In this document: positions 1 through 9,792 of the stretch, one piece after another | Layout: each line of letters starts with the position of its first letter | Position numbering within the stretch: position 1 is the first letter of the stretch | DNA from: Pseudomonadota bacterium | GTDB taxonomy: Bacteria > Desulfobacterota > Desulfobacteria > Desulfobacterales > Desulfobacteraceae | Length of the DNA: 64,000 nucleotides | Assembly: GCA_018821715.1 (NCBI GenBank) | Contig: JAHJLN010000208.1 | Location: 3,863 to 67,862, forward strand | Reading direction: 5' to 3' | Notes under the pieces: model-generated | Database searches by the model: none | What the model saw: the letters and a program-made list of their open reading frames with translations, nothing else | What the model was told of the DNA's origin: nothing | Made by a program: the position numbers and the translations under genes

Positions 1-910
1 CAAAAATACCATTGGCAGCAATCCAGATCCAGATCATATCTGTTCCGACATTTTTTCCTTCCATTAAAAACCCGGCTGCAAACAACAATAGGATGGCAGC
101 AGGAAGAGCCCATTTTAAAATTTTCCCGATCTTTCCGGCCGGCGGTATTATATTGAGTTCATCCAGATCTATTTTTTCATTGCTCGCCAGATATCGTTTG
201 ATTCCAGGGGCATGGGCAGCACCCACAACCGCGATGATTTTGTCTCCCGGTGCTGATCTGATTTTTTCGGCCATAAACCGATCTCTCTCATTGATCAGGG
301 ATTTTTCAATAATCGGGTGTGTTTTTTTTATGTCAGACAAAAGGGTTTGAAGGATATCTTCCTGCTTCATATTTTCAATGTCTTCTTCCTTGATATCATC
401 CGAGGCACCAAAAGAGAGTACAAGGGAGAACATGAGCTTTAGCTTTTCCCAAAGTCCCATTCCTCTCCAGACCCTTGAAAGGGTGATCTGAATTTCACGG
501 TCGCAGGGGATGACGATGGCATTGATTTCTTCGGCCGCATCAATGGCATTGATCATTTCCTGGCCCGGCTTGATATCAAATTTATCCGCCATTTTTTTCT
601 GGAAAGAGGCCAGAAGAAGGTTCATGAACAACAGCAATGCTTTTTTTTCTTTGATCACTTTTACAATGTCCATGTTGCGCCATTTGTCCGCATCTTTGAT
701 CGATGCAAGTCTTGTCTGGCAAAGTTCTACACAGACGGTGTCCGGGGTTTGTTCATGGATGGTATCTTTCACAAGCTCTGCGCTTTGTCGTGACACATGG
801 GCCGTACCGATGAGAATGATCTGTTTCCCATTGCAGGATAAGATTTCTACCATGTTGTCTGTTTTTTCTTTCGCATCCGGTTGAACCGAATTGACTGGAC
901 AATTTTCCAT
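1..910 (-). CDS. TraB/GumN family protein (pheromone-shutdown TraB-like), runs off the left edge
   Basis: Absent from the ORF track because it has no stop in the window. Manual translation from ATG 910 gives LIGTAHVSRQSAELV...PDTVCVELC...GQEMINAI...CDREIQITLSR...NERDRFMA...AVVGAAHAPGI, the TraB-family motifs. Confidence 0.85.
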   Translation of the reverse strand, partial: MENCPVNSVQPDAKEKTDNMVEILSCNGKQIILIGTAHVSRQSAELVKDTIHEQTPDTVCVELCQTRLASIKDADKWRNMDIVKVIKEKKALLLFMNLLLASFQKKMADKFDIKPGQEMINAIDAAEEINAIVIPCDREIQITLSRVWRGMGLWEKLKLMFSLVLSFGASDDIKEEDIENMKQEDILQTLLSDIKKTHPIIEKSLINERDRFMAEKIRSAPGDKIIAVVGAAHAPGIKRYLASNEKIDLDELNIIPPAGKIGKILKWALPAAILLLFAAGFLMEGKNVGTDMIWIWIAANGIF

Positions 911-1034
911 GAACTTTAAAATACCTTTCAAATCAATTAAAATAGAACCGTATTATAACCATTATAATATTCATGGCAATATAAATTAATCCAAATTCTT
1001 GACCTTGATAAACAGTTTTGATATTCAGGTCTGT

Positions 1035-1217
1035 ATGAAAACAATCGATGAACAGATATTAAGAGCAACAAAAGAGATCGTCGTCAAATTCATTGAAATG
1101 GGACGGCTGTCGCCATCAAATATCCATGAATCCTTTAAAGACATTTACGCCACTGTCAATGAAGCGGTCAAAGAAAACGTGAACAAAGCCGTCCCTTCAA
1201 ATGATAAACAAAACTGA
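1035..1217 (+). CDS. Small conserved hypothetical protein
   Basis: MKTIDEQILRATKEIVVKFIEMGRLSPSN resembles small conserved deltaproteobacterial proteins; ATG 1035 preferred to TTG 999. Confidence 0.7.
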   Translation: MKTIDEQILRATKEIVVKFIEMGRLSPSNIHESFKDIYATVNEAVKENVNKAVPSNDKQN

Positions 1218-2187
1218 GGATATTTCTCCAAGGATAAATTCCGGAATACGACAAGGCCTGAAAAAAGGCTGGAAAGGATTTTTCTGGCTGCTAAAGATTA
1301 TTCTTCCCATTTCTTTTGCCACAGCCCTGCTGGTGCATTTCGGGGTTATTTATAAACTTGATTTTTTATTGACCCCGGCCATGACATGGCTTTCTTTGCC
1401 GGCGTCAGCAGCCCTGGTCTTGATTATCGGCCTTTTTACCGGGATCTATGGAACCGTGGCTGCCCTTTCGGTCATGCCGTTTTCCATGGATCATATGATC
1501 CTGATCGCCATTTTTACCCTGATTTCCCATAACCTTATCCAGGAGAGTATGGTGCAGGGCAATTCAGGGATCAATCCTTTTTTTGCCGCTTTTTTCAGAT
1601 TATTAATGGCACTGGTTGTCACCTTTATCTGCGCAAAAATAATGGGTGTAACCGCTGAAACGATTGGGGATAAATCTATCGGGGTATATTCCGGGGAATC
1701 AAAACCATTTGTGGTAATGCTGAAAACCTGGGGATGGGGAATTTCGAAACTGGTTATTAAAATTTTTTGTATCATCATGCCCTTAATGGTGATTCTTGAA
1801 CTGGCCAAACTGTTTAATATTATACAATATATTACCAAAATTGTTTCTCCGGTTCTGTCCGTCATGGGATTGAACCGGTCAACCGGAATGTTGTGGCTCA
1901 CGGCATCTGTCTTTGGGCTGGCATACGGTTCTGCCGTGATTGTTGAAGAGACCCAATCCAATGATTTTGAAAAAGAGGAGCTTTTGAAACTTCATCTTTC
2001 CATTGGGGTCAATCATGCTATGATTGAAGATCCTGTCCTGTTTCTGCCCCTGGGGCTGCCGCCCTTCTGGTTATGGATTCCAAGACTTGTCGCTGCCATG
2101 ACCGCAGTCTGGCTGTATTGGGGGTTCTCGTATGTAAGGAGGCTTTATGCTAAGCGAATTAGCCATAAAAAACTTTGCGATCATTGA
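1201..2187 (+). CDS. Nucleoside-recognition (Gate) domain membrane protein
   Basis: 328 aa, many TM segments, two repeated Gate-like halves (SHNLIQE; NHAMIEDP). Confidence 0.75.
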   Translation: MINKTEDISPRINSGIRQGLKKGWKGFFWLLKIILPISFATALLVHFGVIYKLDFLLTPAMTWLSLPASAALVLIIGLFTGIYGTVAALSVMPFSMDHMILIAIFTLISHNLIQESMVQGNSGINPFFAAFFRLLMALVVTFICAKIMGVTAETIGDKSIGVYSGESKPFVVMLKTWGWGISKLVIKIFCIIMPLMVILELAKLFNIIQYITKIVSPVLSVMGLNRSTGMLWLTASVFGLAYGSAVIVEETQSNDFEKEELLKLHLSIGVNHAMIEDPVLFLPLGLPPFWLWIPRLVAAMTAVWLYWGFSYVRRLYAKRISHKKLCDH

Positions 2188-3853
2188 CGACCTGCGCATT
2201 TCATTTTCAGACGGATTTTCCGTATTAACCGGTGAAACCGGTGCGGGAAAATCGATCATCATTGAAGCGGTCAACCTGTTGCTCGGCTCAAGAGCTTCTT
2301 CTGATCTGGTGCGGTCAGGCTGTGAAAATGCAGAACTGGAAGCTTTTTTTGACATTGAGGCGCAGTCAAGGACAGCACTGGTTTTACAAGCCCAGGGCAT
2401 TGACGGTTCTGACGGCTTGATTATCCGGCGCCTTATTTCATCTTCCGGCAAAAGCCGCGTGTTTATCAACTCAAGGCAATCTACCCTGGATCTGTTAAAG
2501 CAGGTGACCTTAGACCTTGCCGGTATCTCAAGCCAGCATGCCCATCAGGGACTTTTAAAAGAAGAAAACCACCTGGATATTTTAGATGAGTTTGCAGAGA
2601 CGACAGGCCTGAAAAATGAAGTCCAAAATCTGTACCAGGCCATCATCCCCATGAAGAGAAAAATACAAGACCTTGCACAACGCCTGGAGACAAAAAGAAA
2701 AGAACAGGATTTTTTAGAGTTCCAGATAAATGAAATCAATGATGCAGCCATTCTTCCCAACGAAGATGAAGACCTTGAAACAAAACGCCACACACTGATA
2801 AATGCCACAAAAATATTTGAGGCTGTCAATCGCTCCATCCATGAAATCCATGACCGGGAAGGCTCTCTTGTCGAGCGGTTGTCTTTTTTAAGAAATGAGA
2901 TGGAAAAGGTAAGCAAAGCCGATGAATTCCTTGAAAAAATTGCCGGGCAATTTTCATCAACCCTGTTTGATTTACAGGATATTTCCGATGAATTAAGAAA
3001 TTTTTCTGCTACCATTGATCTTGATCCCGCCTCCCTTGAGATCACAGATCAAAGGCTGGACATGATTTCCAAGCTGAAAAGAAAATATGGCGGCAGCATC
3101 GAGGCGCTGTTTGATACCCATAAAACCCTGCAGGAAAAACTCTTTCACACCACTGACATTGAACATCAGATAAACACGCTTGGAAACGAGGTTCAGGTTT
3201 TTTCAAAACAGATTATCCAGAAGGCACAAAGCTTATCCGCCTTAAGGAAAACCGCAGGCGAAAAGTTGTCAAAGCTTGCAAAAGAGGAATTGGATGCCCT
3301 TGAAATGGGAAAAGCAAAATTTGAGGTCGCCTTTTCCCTTCAGAATACAAAAAATCCAGAGGATATCCAGACAAATGATGGGGTAAAAATAGGACCGGAC
3401 GGGATGGACAAGGTTATGTTTCTGCTCAGTCCAAATCCGGGAGAGCCATTAAAACCTCTGGTTAAAATTGCTTCAGGCGGGGAATTGTCCAGAATTGTCC
3501 TTGCGTTAAAAGCAGTCCTGTCCAAAACAAGATCACTGGAAACATTGATCTTTGATGAAGTGGATGCCGGTATCGGGGGAGCCATATCTGAAAAAGTGGG
3601 TCTGAAATTAAAACAATTGTCGCAAAAGCATCAGGTGATCTGTATCACCCATCTGGCCCAGATTGCAAAATATGCTGAAAACCAGTTCCGGATATCCAAA
3701 AATGTAAGCAATGGACGGACATTTACAACCATTGTTCCTTTGGCACAGGAAAGTGCAAGGATTGAAGAACTCGCCAGGATGATCGGCGGAACAAAGATTA
3801 CAGACGCAACCCTGACCCATGCCAGAGAACTTCTTGAACAGGCATCTGCTTGA
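2147..3853 (+). CDS. recN: DNA repair protein RecN
   Basis: N-terminal IKNFAIID, Walker A TGETGAGKS, signature ASGGELSR, Walker B IFDEVDAG, ITHLAQIA; 568 aa. Confidence 0.97.
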   Translation: MLSELAIKNFAIIDDLRISFSDGFSVLTGETGAGKSIIIEAVNLLLGSRASSDLVRSGCENAELEAFFDIEAQSRTALVLQAQGIDGSDGLIIRRLISSSGKSRVFINSRQSTLDLLKQVTLDLAGISSQHAHQGLLKEENHLDILDEFAETTGLKNEVQNLYQAIIPMKRKIQDLAQRLETKRKEQDFLEFQINEINDAAILPNEDEDLETKRHTLINATKIFEAVNRSIHEIHDREGSLVERLSFLRNEMEKVSKADEFLEKIAGQFSSTLFDLQDISDELRNFSATIDLDPASLEITDQRLDMISKLKRKYGGSIEALFDTHKTLQEKLFHTTDIEHQINTLGNEVQVFSKQIIQKAQSLSALRKTAGEKLSKLAKEELDALEMGKAKFEVAFSLQNTKNPEDIQTNDGVKIGPDGMDKVMFLLSPNPGEPLKPLVKIASGGELSRIVLALKAVLSKTRSLETLIFDEVDAGIGGAISEKVGLKLKQLSQKHQVICITHLAQIAKYAENQFRISKNVSNGRTFTTIVPLAQESARIEELARMIGGTKITDATLTHARELLEQASA

Positions 3854-3912
3854 CAAATAGTCAAATATGGTTAATTTAAGCGATTATTGAAACTGTGCAA
3901 CAAGGAGTTGAT

Positions 3913-4161
3913 ATGCCGATATATGAATTTAAATGTTCAAAATGTGAAGAATTTTTTGAAGTCATTGTAATGGGTTCAAAACAGGATGATGCGGTGAGTT
4001 GTCCCAAATGTGAATCAAATGAATTTGAAAGAGTGGTTTCCAAAACCAATTTTTCCGTGGGAAGTTCGTCTGAAGGACAGGCCAAAGGCGTTCAAACCCA
4101 GGAAAGAGAATGTTCCGGCGGATCTTGTAAAACCTATACCGTCCCAGGTGAGACACGATAG
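3913..4161 (+). CDS. FmdB-family zinc-ribbon protein
   Basis: MPIYEFKCSKC...CPKCES...S motif; RBS AAGGAG upstream of ATG 3913; TTGACA at 3850-3855. Confidence 0.9.
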   Translation: MPIYEFKCSKCEEFFEVIVMGSKQDDAVSCPKCESNEFERVVSKTNFSVGSSSEGQAKGVQTQERECSGGSCKTYTVPGETR

Positions 4162-4245
4162 TCCCTTAAAATTTTTTTCATACCAAATGTAATTTCCCCG
4201 GTTTATATTCAAAGTAAAGGGCCGCATAAGGCAAAGGAGGTTTTG

Positions 4246-5529
4246 ATGCAAGAAATTGTCAAACTTTTGATTGATGGAAAAGAGGTGACGCTTCCGGTGA
4301 TTGAAGGTTCAGAAGGAGAGAAGGCAATTGATATCAGGAGTCTTCGGCAGCAGACAGGATACATAACATTCGATCCTGGATTCGGAAATACCGGAACCTG
4401 CAGAAGCGCTATTACCTATATGGATGGGGAAAAGGGGATTTTAAGATACAGGGGGATTCCCATCGAGCAGCTGGCAGAACATTCAACCTTTGTAGAAACA
4501 GCTTTTCTGTTGATCACAGGGCAGCTCCCCACCCGGGAGGAACTGACCCGTACCAGCGTTTATTTAAATGATTTTTCCCCCCTCCATGAAAACATGAAGG
4601 CCTTTTACCAGAATTATCCGCCCAAAGCACACCCCATGGGAATCCTTTCCGCCATGGTCAATGCCATGAGAAGCTTTTACCCGGAACTGGTGGATTTAGA
4701 AGAGGAGATGAATAAAACATATCTCCGGCTGATCTCGAAAATCAGGACAATGGCCGCAATGGCCTACCGGATTTCATTGGGAGAACGGGTGGTCTACCCA
4801 CGGCCGGATCTGTGTTATTGCGCCAATTTTTTAAACATGATGTTTGACAGCGTGGTGGTGCCGTATCGAATAGATGATGACCTGGTAAGGGCCTTGAATG
4901 TGTTCTGGATTCTTCATGCCGATCATGAACAAAATTGTTCAACAACGGCTGTCAGGGTTGTGGGAAGCGGCAAGGTCAATATTTATTCCACGATTTCAGC
5001 CGGGATTTCTGCCCTTTGGGGGCCGCTGCACGGGGGGGCAAACCAGGCAGTGGTCAATATGCTCAAATTAATCCATGAACAGGGGTTAACCATCGAAGAA
5101 TGCATTTCAAAGGCAAAGGATAAAAATGATCCATTCAGGCTCATGGGATTCGGGCACAGGGTCTATAAAACCTTTGATCCAAGGGCTGAGATCATGAAAA
5201 GAATGTGTGATATCGTTCTTTCAAAACTCAAAAAAAAGGATCCCTTGCTGGATATTGTCCAGCGGCTTGAAGAAGCGGCATTAAAGGATTCGTATTTCAT
5301 AGAAAAAAACCTGTATCCCAATGTGGATTTTTATTCAGGTATCATCTTGCGGGCAATGGGGATTCCCACCAGCATGTTTACGGTCATGTTTGCCATCGGC
5401 CGTCTGCCGGGATGGATTGCCCAGTGGAAAGAGGATGTTTCCGATCCTGAAATGAAAATATCACGGCCACGCCAGATTTATTCGGGCAGTCAGGCGCGTG
5501 ATTATGTTCCCATTGATAAACGGGGATAA
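4246..5529 (+). CDS. gltA: Citrate synthase (type II)
   Basis: DPGFGNT, LHADHEQN, GPLHGGAN, GFGHRVYK, YPNVDFYSG motifs; RBS AAGGAGG. Confidence 0.97.
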   Translation: MQEIVKLLIDGKEVTLPVIEGSEGEKAIDIRSLRQQTGYITFDPGFGNTGTCRSAITYMDGEKGILRYRGIPIEQLAEHSTFVETAFLLITGQLPTREELTRTSVYLNDFSPLHENMKAFYQNYPPKAHPMGILSAMVNAMRSFYPELVDLEEEMNKTYLRLISKIRTMAAMAYRISLGERVVYPRPDLCYCANFLNMMFDSVVVPYRIDDDLVRALNVFWILHADHEQNCSTTAVRVVGSGKVNIYSTISAGISALWGPLHGGANQAVVNMLKLIHEQGLTIEECISKAKDKNDPFRLMGFGHRVYKTFDPRAEIMKRMCDIVLSKLKKKDPLLDIVQRLEEAALKDSYFIEKNLYPNVDFYSGIILRAMGIPTSMFTVMFAIGRLPGWIAQWKEDVSDPEMKISRPRQIYSGSQARDYVPIDKRG

Positions 5530-5559
5530 CTGTTAAAACAATGGTCCAGGTGATTGCCC
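5475..5559 (+). repeat. 85-bp direct repeat, copy 1 (gltA 3' end, intergenic spacer and first codons of the phosphodiesterase gene)
   Basis: Matches 6947-7031 with 5 mismatches, aligned by eye. Confidence 0.95.
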
Positions 5560-5609
5560 GGCCAGAAAAGATTTAACCTGTCGGCAGGAGAAAAGATCCC
5601 GGATACGGT

Positions 5610-6647
5610 TTAGTAATCAGAATATTTGATTATTCCCCTGGGATAAACTTTTCCATCATCAATGATAAATTTCCCTTTTTCAGATTCAAAAACCGCCACT
5701 GCATGCCAGGCATCAGTCATCCTTAAGGGCGGTTTTTTTACTATCATGGCGCTATAGCCGCTCCTTGCCAGGGCTGTAACGATAAAATGGGAGGTATAAA
5801 GGCAGTCCCCTGTTTTATTTTTAAAGACATACTGTGCACTGGGCGTTCTATAATTATACCCGGGGATTTCCCAATAATTGCTGTAGGTGATATGTTTTTG
5901 AACATAGTAATCAACAATCTCCGGCGAATTGAGCCGGTCTATCACCAGATCATAATTGTTCCAAAGATGATCCCGCCGGCTGTTTCTGAGCATAGCCGGA
6001 ACCCAGGGTGCTAAAACTTCCGGGCTTTGTTCTGACAAGCGGGTCAAGCTATAGAGGATATATCTGTTTTTCTTTGCCAGTTTTTCCTTATACTGTTCCC
6101 GGATAGACTCAGACTGGATGGCATCCACCATTTTTTCGATGGTATCCTTATCCACCCTGGGTTCATTTGTCCAGGCTTTGGAAAGTATCTCTTTAAAAGA
6201 ATAGGGGTGAATCGGATTATTGTCCACGGTAAATTCATATTCCATGGAAAGCCAGAATACGGCTTGAAGCAGCGTGCAATATTTTCGGTTTTCTTTTTTC
6301 CCAATGGCATCCATCTGCTCAAACGCTGTGTCAAAGCCTTTTGGGTCCAACAGATAATAGTGTTTCAAATTGTTCAACCCTGAAATTTCCAGATCAGACA
6401 CATCGTCCTGAAACTCCGGCAGCCGGCCCAATTCAAGAGCAAGGAATCTATTTTTGGCCTCAATTTCTTTCAATACCGCCTTTGCAGCTGTCCTTCTCCC
6501 ATCTTTAAGACCCAATGAATTCATTGAGATAAGACTGGGGTTAGGCGTGTTTTTTTTGCCGACACATCCGCTTATCAGCAGGGCATTTAAACATACGATA
6601 AAAGCAAACACATACTTTTTTTTTCTGAAGATATGAGGTGTCATCAT
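5610..6647 (-). CDS. Putative lipoprotein with C-terminal transglutaminase/cysteine-protease-like domain
   Basis: Signal peptide with lipobox LISGC; C-terminal GDC...WHAVAV...IIDD resembles a Cys-His-Asp triad. Confidence 0.65.
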   Translation of the reverse strand: MMTPHIFRKKKYVFAFIVCLNALLISGCVGKKNTPNPSLISMNSLGLKDGRRTAAKAVLKEIEAKNRFLALELGRLPEFQDDVSDLEISGLNNLKHYYLLDPKGFDTAFEQMDAIGKKENRKYCTLLQAVFWLSMEYEFTVDNNPIHPYSFKEILSKAWTNEPRVDKDTIEKMVDAIQSESIREQYKEKLAKKNRYILYSLTRLSEQSPEVLAPWVPAMLRNSRRDHLWNNYDLVIDRLNSPEIVDYYVQKHITYSNYWEIPGYNYRTPSAQYVFKNKTGDCLYTSHFIVTALARSGYSAMIVKKPPLRMTDAWHAVAVFESEKGKFIIDDGKVYPRGIIKYSDY

Positions 6648-6808
6648 CCTTTTTCTTTCTGATCTGAAGAATTGTCATTTTAATTTGTTATCATGCCTTT
6701 TTCCATATATTTTTTCCATACATTTTTTTTAATTTCTCGAATAGTGGTCATTTTCAGGGGATTTATTGGAACATCCCGCTTAAAAATTCAAAATGCTTTC
6801 ATGAAAGT

Positions 6809-6838
6809 TTGACACCTGCCGGTCCCCTGGGTTAGTAT
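6809..6838 (+). promoter_or_regulatory. Putative sigma70 promoter reading toward the phosphodiesterase gene
   Basis: TTGACA (6809-6814), 18-nt spacer, TAGTAT (6833-6838). Confidence 0.45.
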
Positions 6839-6946
6839 GAATCTTATCTGTTTTGGGATATAAAAGATTCAAGAACCTATAGTCGAGTGCTATCAATGGC
6901 TCAATACCAGGAGATGCTGATGAAATTTTATCAGAAGCTTTTATCG

Positions 6947-7031
6947 GATTTATTCCGGCAGCCGGGTGCGTGATTATGTTCCCATTGATAAACGGGGATA
7001 GCTGTTAAAACAATGGTCCAGGTGATTGCCC
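6947..7031 (+). repeat. 85-bp direct repeat, copy 2
   Basis: GATTTATTCCGGCAG...GATAAACGGGGATAGCTGTTAAAACAATGGTCCAGGTGATTGCCC; offset 1472 from copy 1. Confidence 0.95.
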
Positions 7032-7813
7032 ACAGGGGTGCCAGAAGTGTTGCGCCTGAAAATACCATGGCAGCAGTAAAAATGGCCTATGATACAGGCG
7101 CCGATCTGTGGGAGACGGATGTGAATACAACCTGTGACGGGCATCTGATCCTGTTCCATGATGAAACGCTGTTGCGGTGTACCAATGCTGCGTTACGATT
7201 CCCATCACGACCGTCCTACCGTGTAAGAGAATTCTCCTTGGCCGAGATCCATTCCCTGGATGCTGGATCTTTTTTTGTGGATACGGATCCGTTTTCACAG
7301 ATTTTAAAAGGAAATATTGACAAAGAAACTTTGTCTTCTTTTAAAAAGGAGACCGTCCCCACCCTTGAACAGGGGCTGTTGTTTACAAAAAAAATGAAGT
7401 GGAAAATTAATCTTGAACTCAAACGCTATGCCAGTGAACACCATGATGCTGATTTGCCGGATCTAACCCTTGACATCATCTACCGCACAAGGATACCCTT
7501 GAACAGGGTTGTGATTTCGTCTTTTCATCATGACTGGCTGTTGCAGGTCAAAAAAAAAGAACCGGGCATTGAAGTTCAGGCCCTTGTCGGTGACAATGAC
7601 ACCGATCCCCTTGATTTTGGAGATTTTGGCTTCCCCGCCTATAATGCCAATGCCCTTTTGATAGATCCGGACCAGATCAGGGACCTGAAAGCCAGGGGCA
7701 AAAAAATCAATCTGTTCACCATAAATGATCCAGAGACGTTTGCTCACTTTGCAAGCCTTGGTGTTGACGGTATATTTACAGATTTTCCCCAACGGTTTGC
7801 CGCAAAATCTTGA
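7013..7813 (+). CDS. Glycerophosphodiester phosphodiesterase (GDPD family)
   Basis: IAHRGA, PENT, ETDV, FHDETL, NLELK, GVDGIFTDFP. Confidence 0.93.
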   Translation: MVQVIAHRGARSVAPENTMAAVKMAYDTGADLWETDVNTTCDGHLILFHDETLLRCTNAALRFPSRPSYRVREFSLAEIHSLDAGSFFVDTDPFSQILKGNIDKETLSSFKKETVPTLEQGLLFTKKMKWKINLELKRYASEHHDADLPDLTLDIIYRTRIPLNRVVISSFHHDWLLQVKKKEPGIEVQALVGDNDTDPLDFGDFGFPAYNANALLIDPDQIRDLKARGKKINLFTINDPETFAHFASLGVDGIFTDFPQRFAAKS

Positions 7814-7828
7814 ACAAAGAATGTCAGA

Positions 7829-9790
7829 TTATTTTTTTTTATTCGGTCTCCCTTTTTTAGCCAGTTTTCCTACATAGTTTTCAAGCCTGAGTCCATGGAT
7901 GGCCCCCATGATATAGGATGACAGTTTTCCTGGTGAATACAGGGCCTTTGTCAGGTTTGAAAATAGTTGGTATTTTTTGCTTGTATAGGGAAACCAGTTG
8001 GCTTCCATCTTTTTGCTGTTTTTGTCAATGAGAATAGACTTGATATTGGCAAAGGCATAAAACCCGAACTCACCCTTATACCTGCCGAACCCGCTTTTTT
8101 GAACTCCGCCGAAGGGAAGGGCATGGTTGCCTTCGGTGAGCATGACATTGTTGATGGACACATTGCCCGTATAAATCTGTCTTGCCACCCGGTCGGCTTT
8201 TTTTAAATCATTTGCCCAGACACTGGCAGAAAGCCCGTAATCCGGATCATTGGCAAGTTCAACAGCTTCTTGTTCACTGGAAAAAGAATACAGGGGAAGC
8301 AGGGGACCAAAATTTTCCAGCTGATCAATGAGCATGTCTTTTGTCACGCCTTCAATGACCATGGGCTGGACAAAGGCGGTTGTACCGTCCCAGTCCTTTC
8401 CCGTGAGGAAAACAGCTCCTTTTTCCTTTGCATCTGCCACCTGTCGTGCGATTTCCTTAACCTGTGACGCGGTGGTAATGGCCCCGATATCTGTATTGCC
8501 GTCACTGTCCGTACCCAGTGTCAGTTTTAAGGTCTCCCTTACAAGTGTTTCTTTAAATTGATCATAAATATCCTTGTGTACAAAAAGTCGTTCCACTGAT
8601 GTGCAGGATTGACCTGTTGTGGTAAAGGCCCCCCATATGGCGCCGGCCACGGCCCGGTTGATATTGACATCCTCAAATACGATCATGGGGTCTTTGCCGC
8701 CCAGTTCCAGCTCCACAGGAATCAGGTGCTCGGCAGCCCGGGACATGATCCGTTTCCCCACTGCCGTACTTCCGATCATAAATATCTTATCCGGTCTTCC
8801 ATCCACCAGGGCATCACCGATCACACCGCCCTGGCCGTAGACAATCTGAACCCAGCCCGTAAAAAACCCTGCCTGGTCCAACAGGTCTTCAACCAGACCT
8901 TTAAGCGGCGTGGCCTTGGAGGGTTTGAACACCACGGCATTTCCCACGATAAAGGCCTGGCAGATGGGAACAATGGCCTGGTAAAAGGGGTAATTCCAGG
9001 GGGAAATCAAAAGGGCGGTGCCCAGGGGCTCAAAATAGATTTTTGATTTTTTCCCCATCAATGCAAAGGGGGTGGCAACGTTTCTGTCAGACAGGATTTT
9101 AACGGCATTTTTTTCCAGATAATCCAGAAAATCCAATACCCCGAATATTTCCGCTGTAATGGCATCAAATCGTGATTTGCCCGTATCCGCCTGGACCTTG
9201 TCAAGAATGCGGTCCTGGTTTGCAAGGATCACGGCCTTAAGATTGGAAATAAACTCCACCCGCTTTTTTACCCCCCATTCCCTGATGTCGGGCTGCACTT
9301 TTTTTGCACGATCATAGACTGCCCTGATATCTTCAGGTGTGGGGTTTTCCAGATTGATTTTTTCAGGTTTTATCTTGTCTTTTTCATCATGTACAACGAT
9401 TTTCGGGTTCCATCCGATGACATCATAAACCTTTTGGCCGGTATACTCAGGAGAGGTCAGATTGGCATAATAAGGGGAAAGCGTGGCACCTTTTATCCCG
9501 ATTTCCAGCATTCGAAGGGCCGAGCCTAAAAATCCGGGAAAATATTTATTATGATGACAGGCTTTCAGGATCAGACGGATTTTCCATTTGGGAGTCCACC
9601 TGAAAAGTCCAAACAAAAGGCACAGCCCGTTAAGATCATCATCGCTTAAGAATTCTGCCATGCGATCAATGTGGGTGATGCACCCGGTTGTTGAAAAGGA
9701 TGGGGAAGTGTCGGTTCCCGGCAGGATAATATCCCCGACTTTTAAAAGTCCTTTTAACTGGTTTTGTGAAAAATATTTTGAAATCATCAT
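7829..9790 (-). CDS. Aldehyde dehydrogenase with an N-terminal extension of about 140 aa
   Basis: ISPWNYPF, FKPS, ELELGGKDP, GQSC (catalytic Cys), ENFGP, PFGG. Start moved to ATG 9790, which has an AAGGAG RBS. Confidence 0.9.
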   Translation of the reverse strand: MMISKYFSQNQLKGLLKVGDIILPGTDTSPSFSTTGCITHIDRMAEFLSDDDLNGLCLLFGLFRWTPKWKIRLILKACHHNKYFPGFLGSALRMLEIGIKGATLSPYYANLTSPEYTGQKVYDVIGWNPKIVVHDEKDKIKPEKINLENPTPEDIRAVYDRAKKVQPDIREWGVKKRVEFISNLKAVILANQDRILDKVQADTGKSRFDAITAEIFGVLDFLDYLEKNAVKILSDRNVATPFALMGKKSKIYFEPLGTALLISPWNYPFYQAIVPICQAFIVGNAVVFKPSKATPLKGLVEDLLDQAGFFTGWVQIVYGQGGVIGDALVDGRPDKIFMIGSTAVGKRIMSRAAEHLIPVELELGGKDPMIVFEDVNINRAVAGAIWGAFTTTGQSCTSVERLFVHKDIYDQFKETLVRETLKLTLGTDSDGNTDIGAITTASQVKEIARQVADAKEKGAVFLTGKDWDGTTAFVQPMVIEGVTKDMLIDQLENFGPLLPLYSFSSEQEAVELANDPDYGLSASVWANDLKKADRVARQIYTGNVSINNVMLTEGNHALPFGGVQKSGFGRYKGEFGFYAFANIKSILIDKNSKKMEANWFPYTSKKYQLFSNLTKALYSPGKLSSYIMGAIHGLRLENYVGKLAKKGRPNKKK

Positions 9791-9792
9791 TT

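Noticed and set aside
12-884. Plus-strand ORFs 12-350 and 510-884
   Set aside because: Antisense shadows of the minus-strand TraB-family gene.
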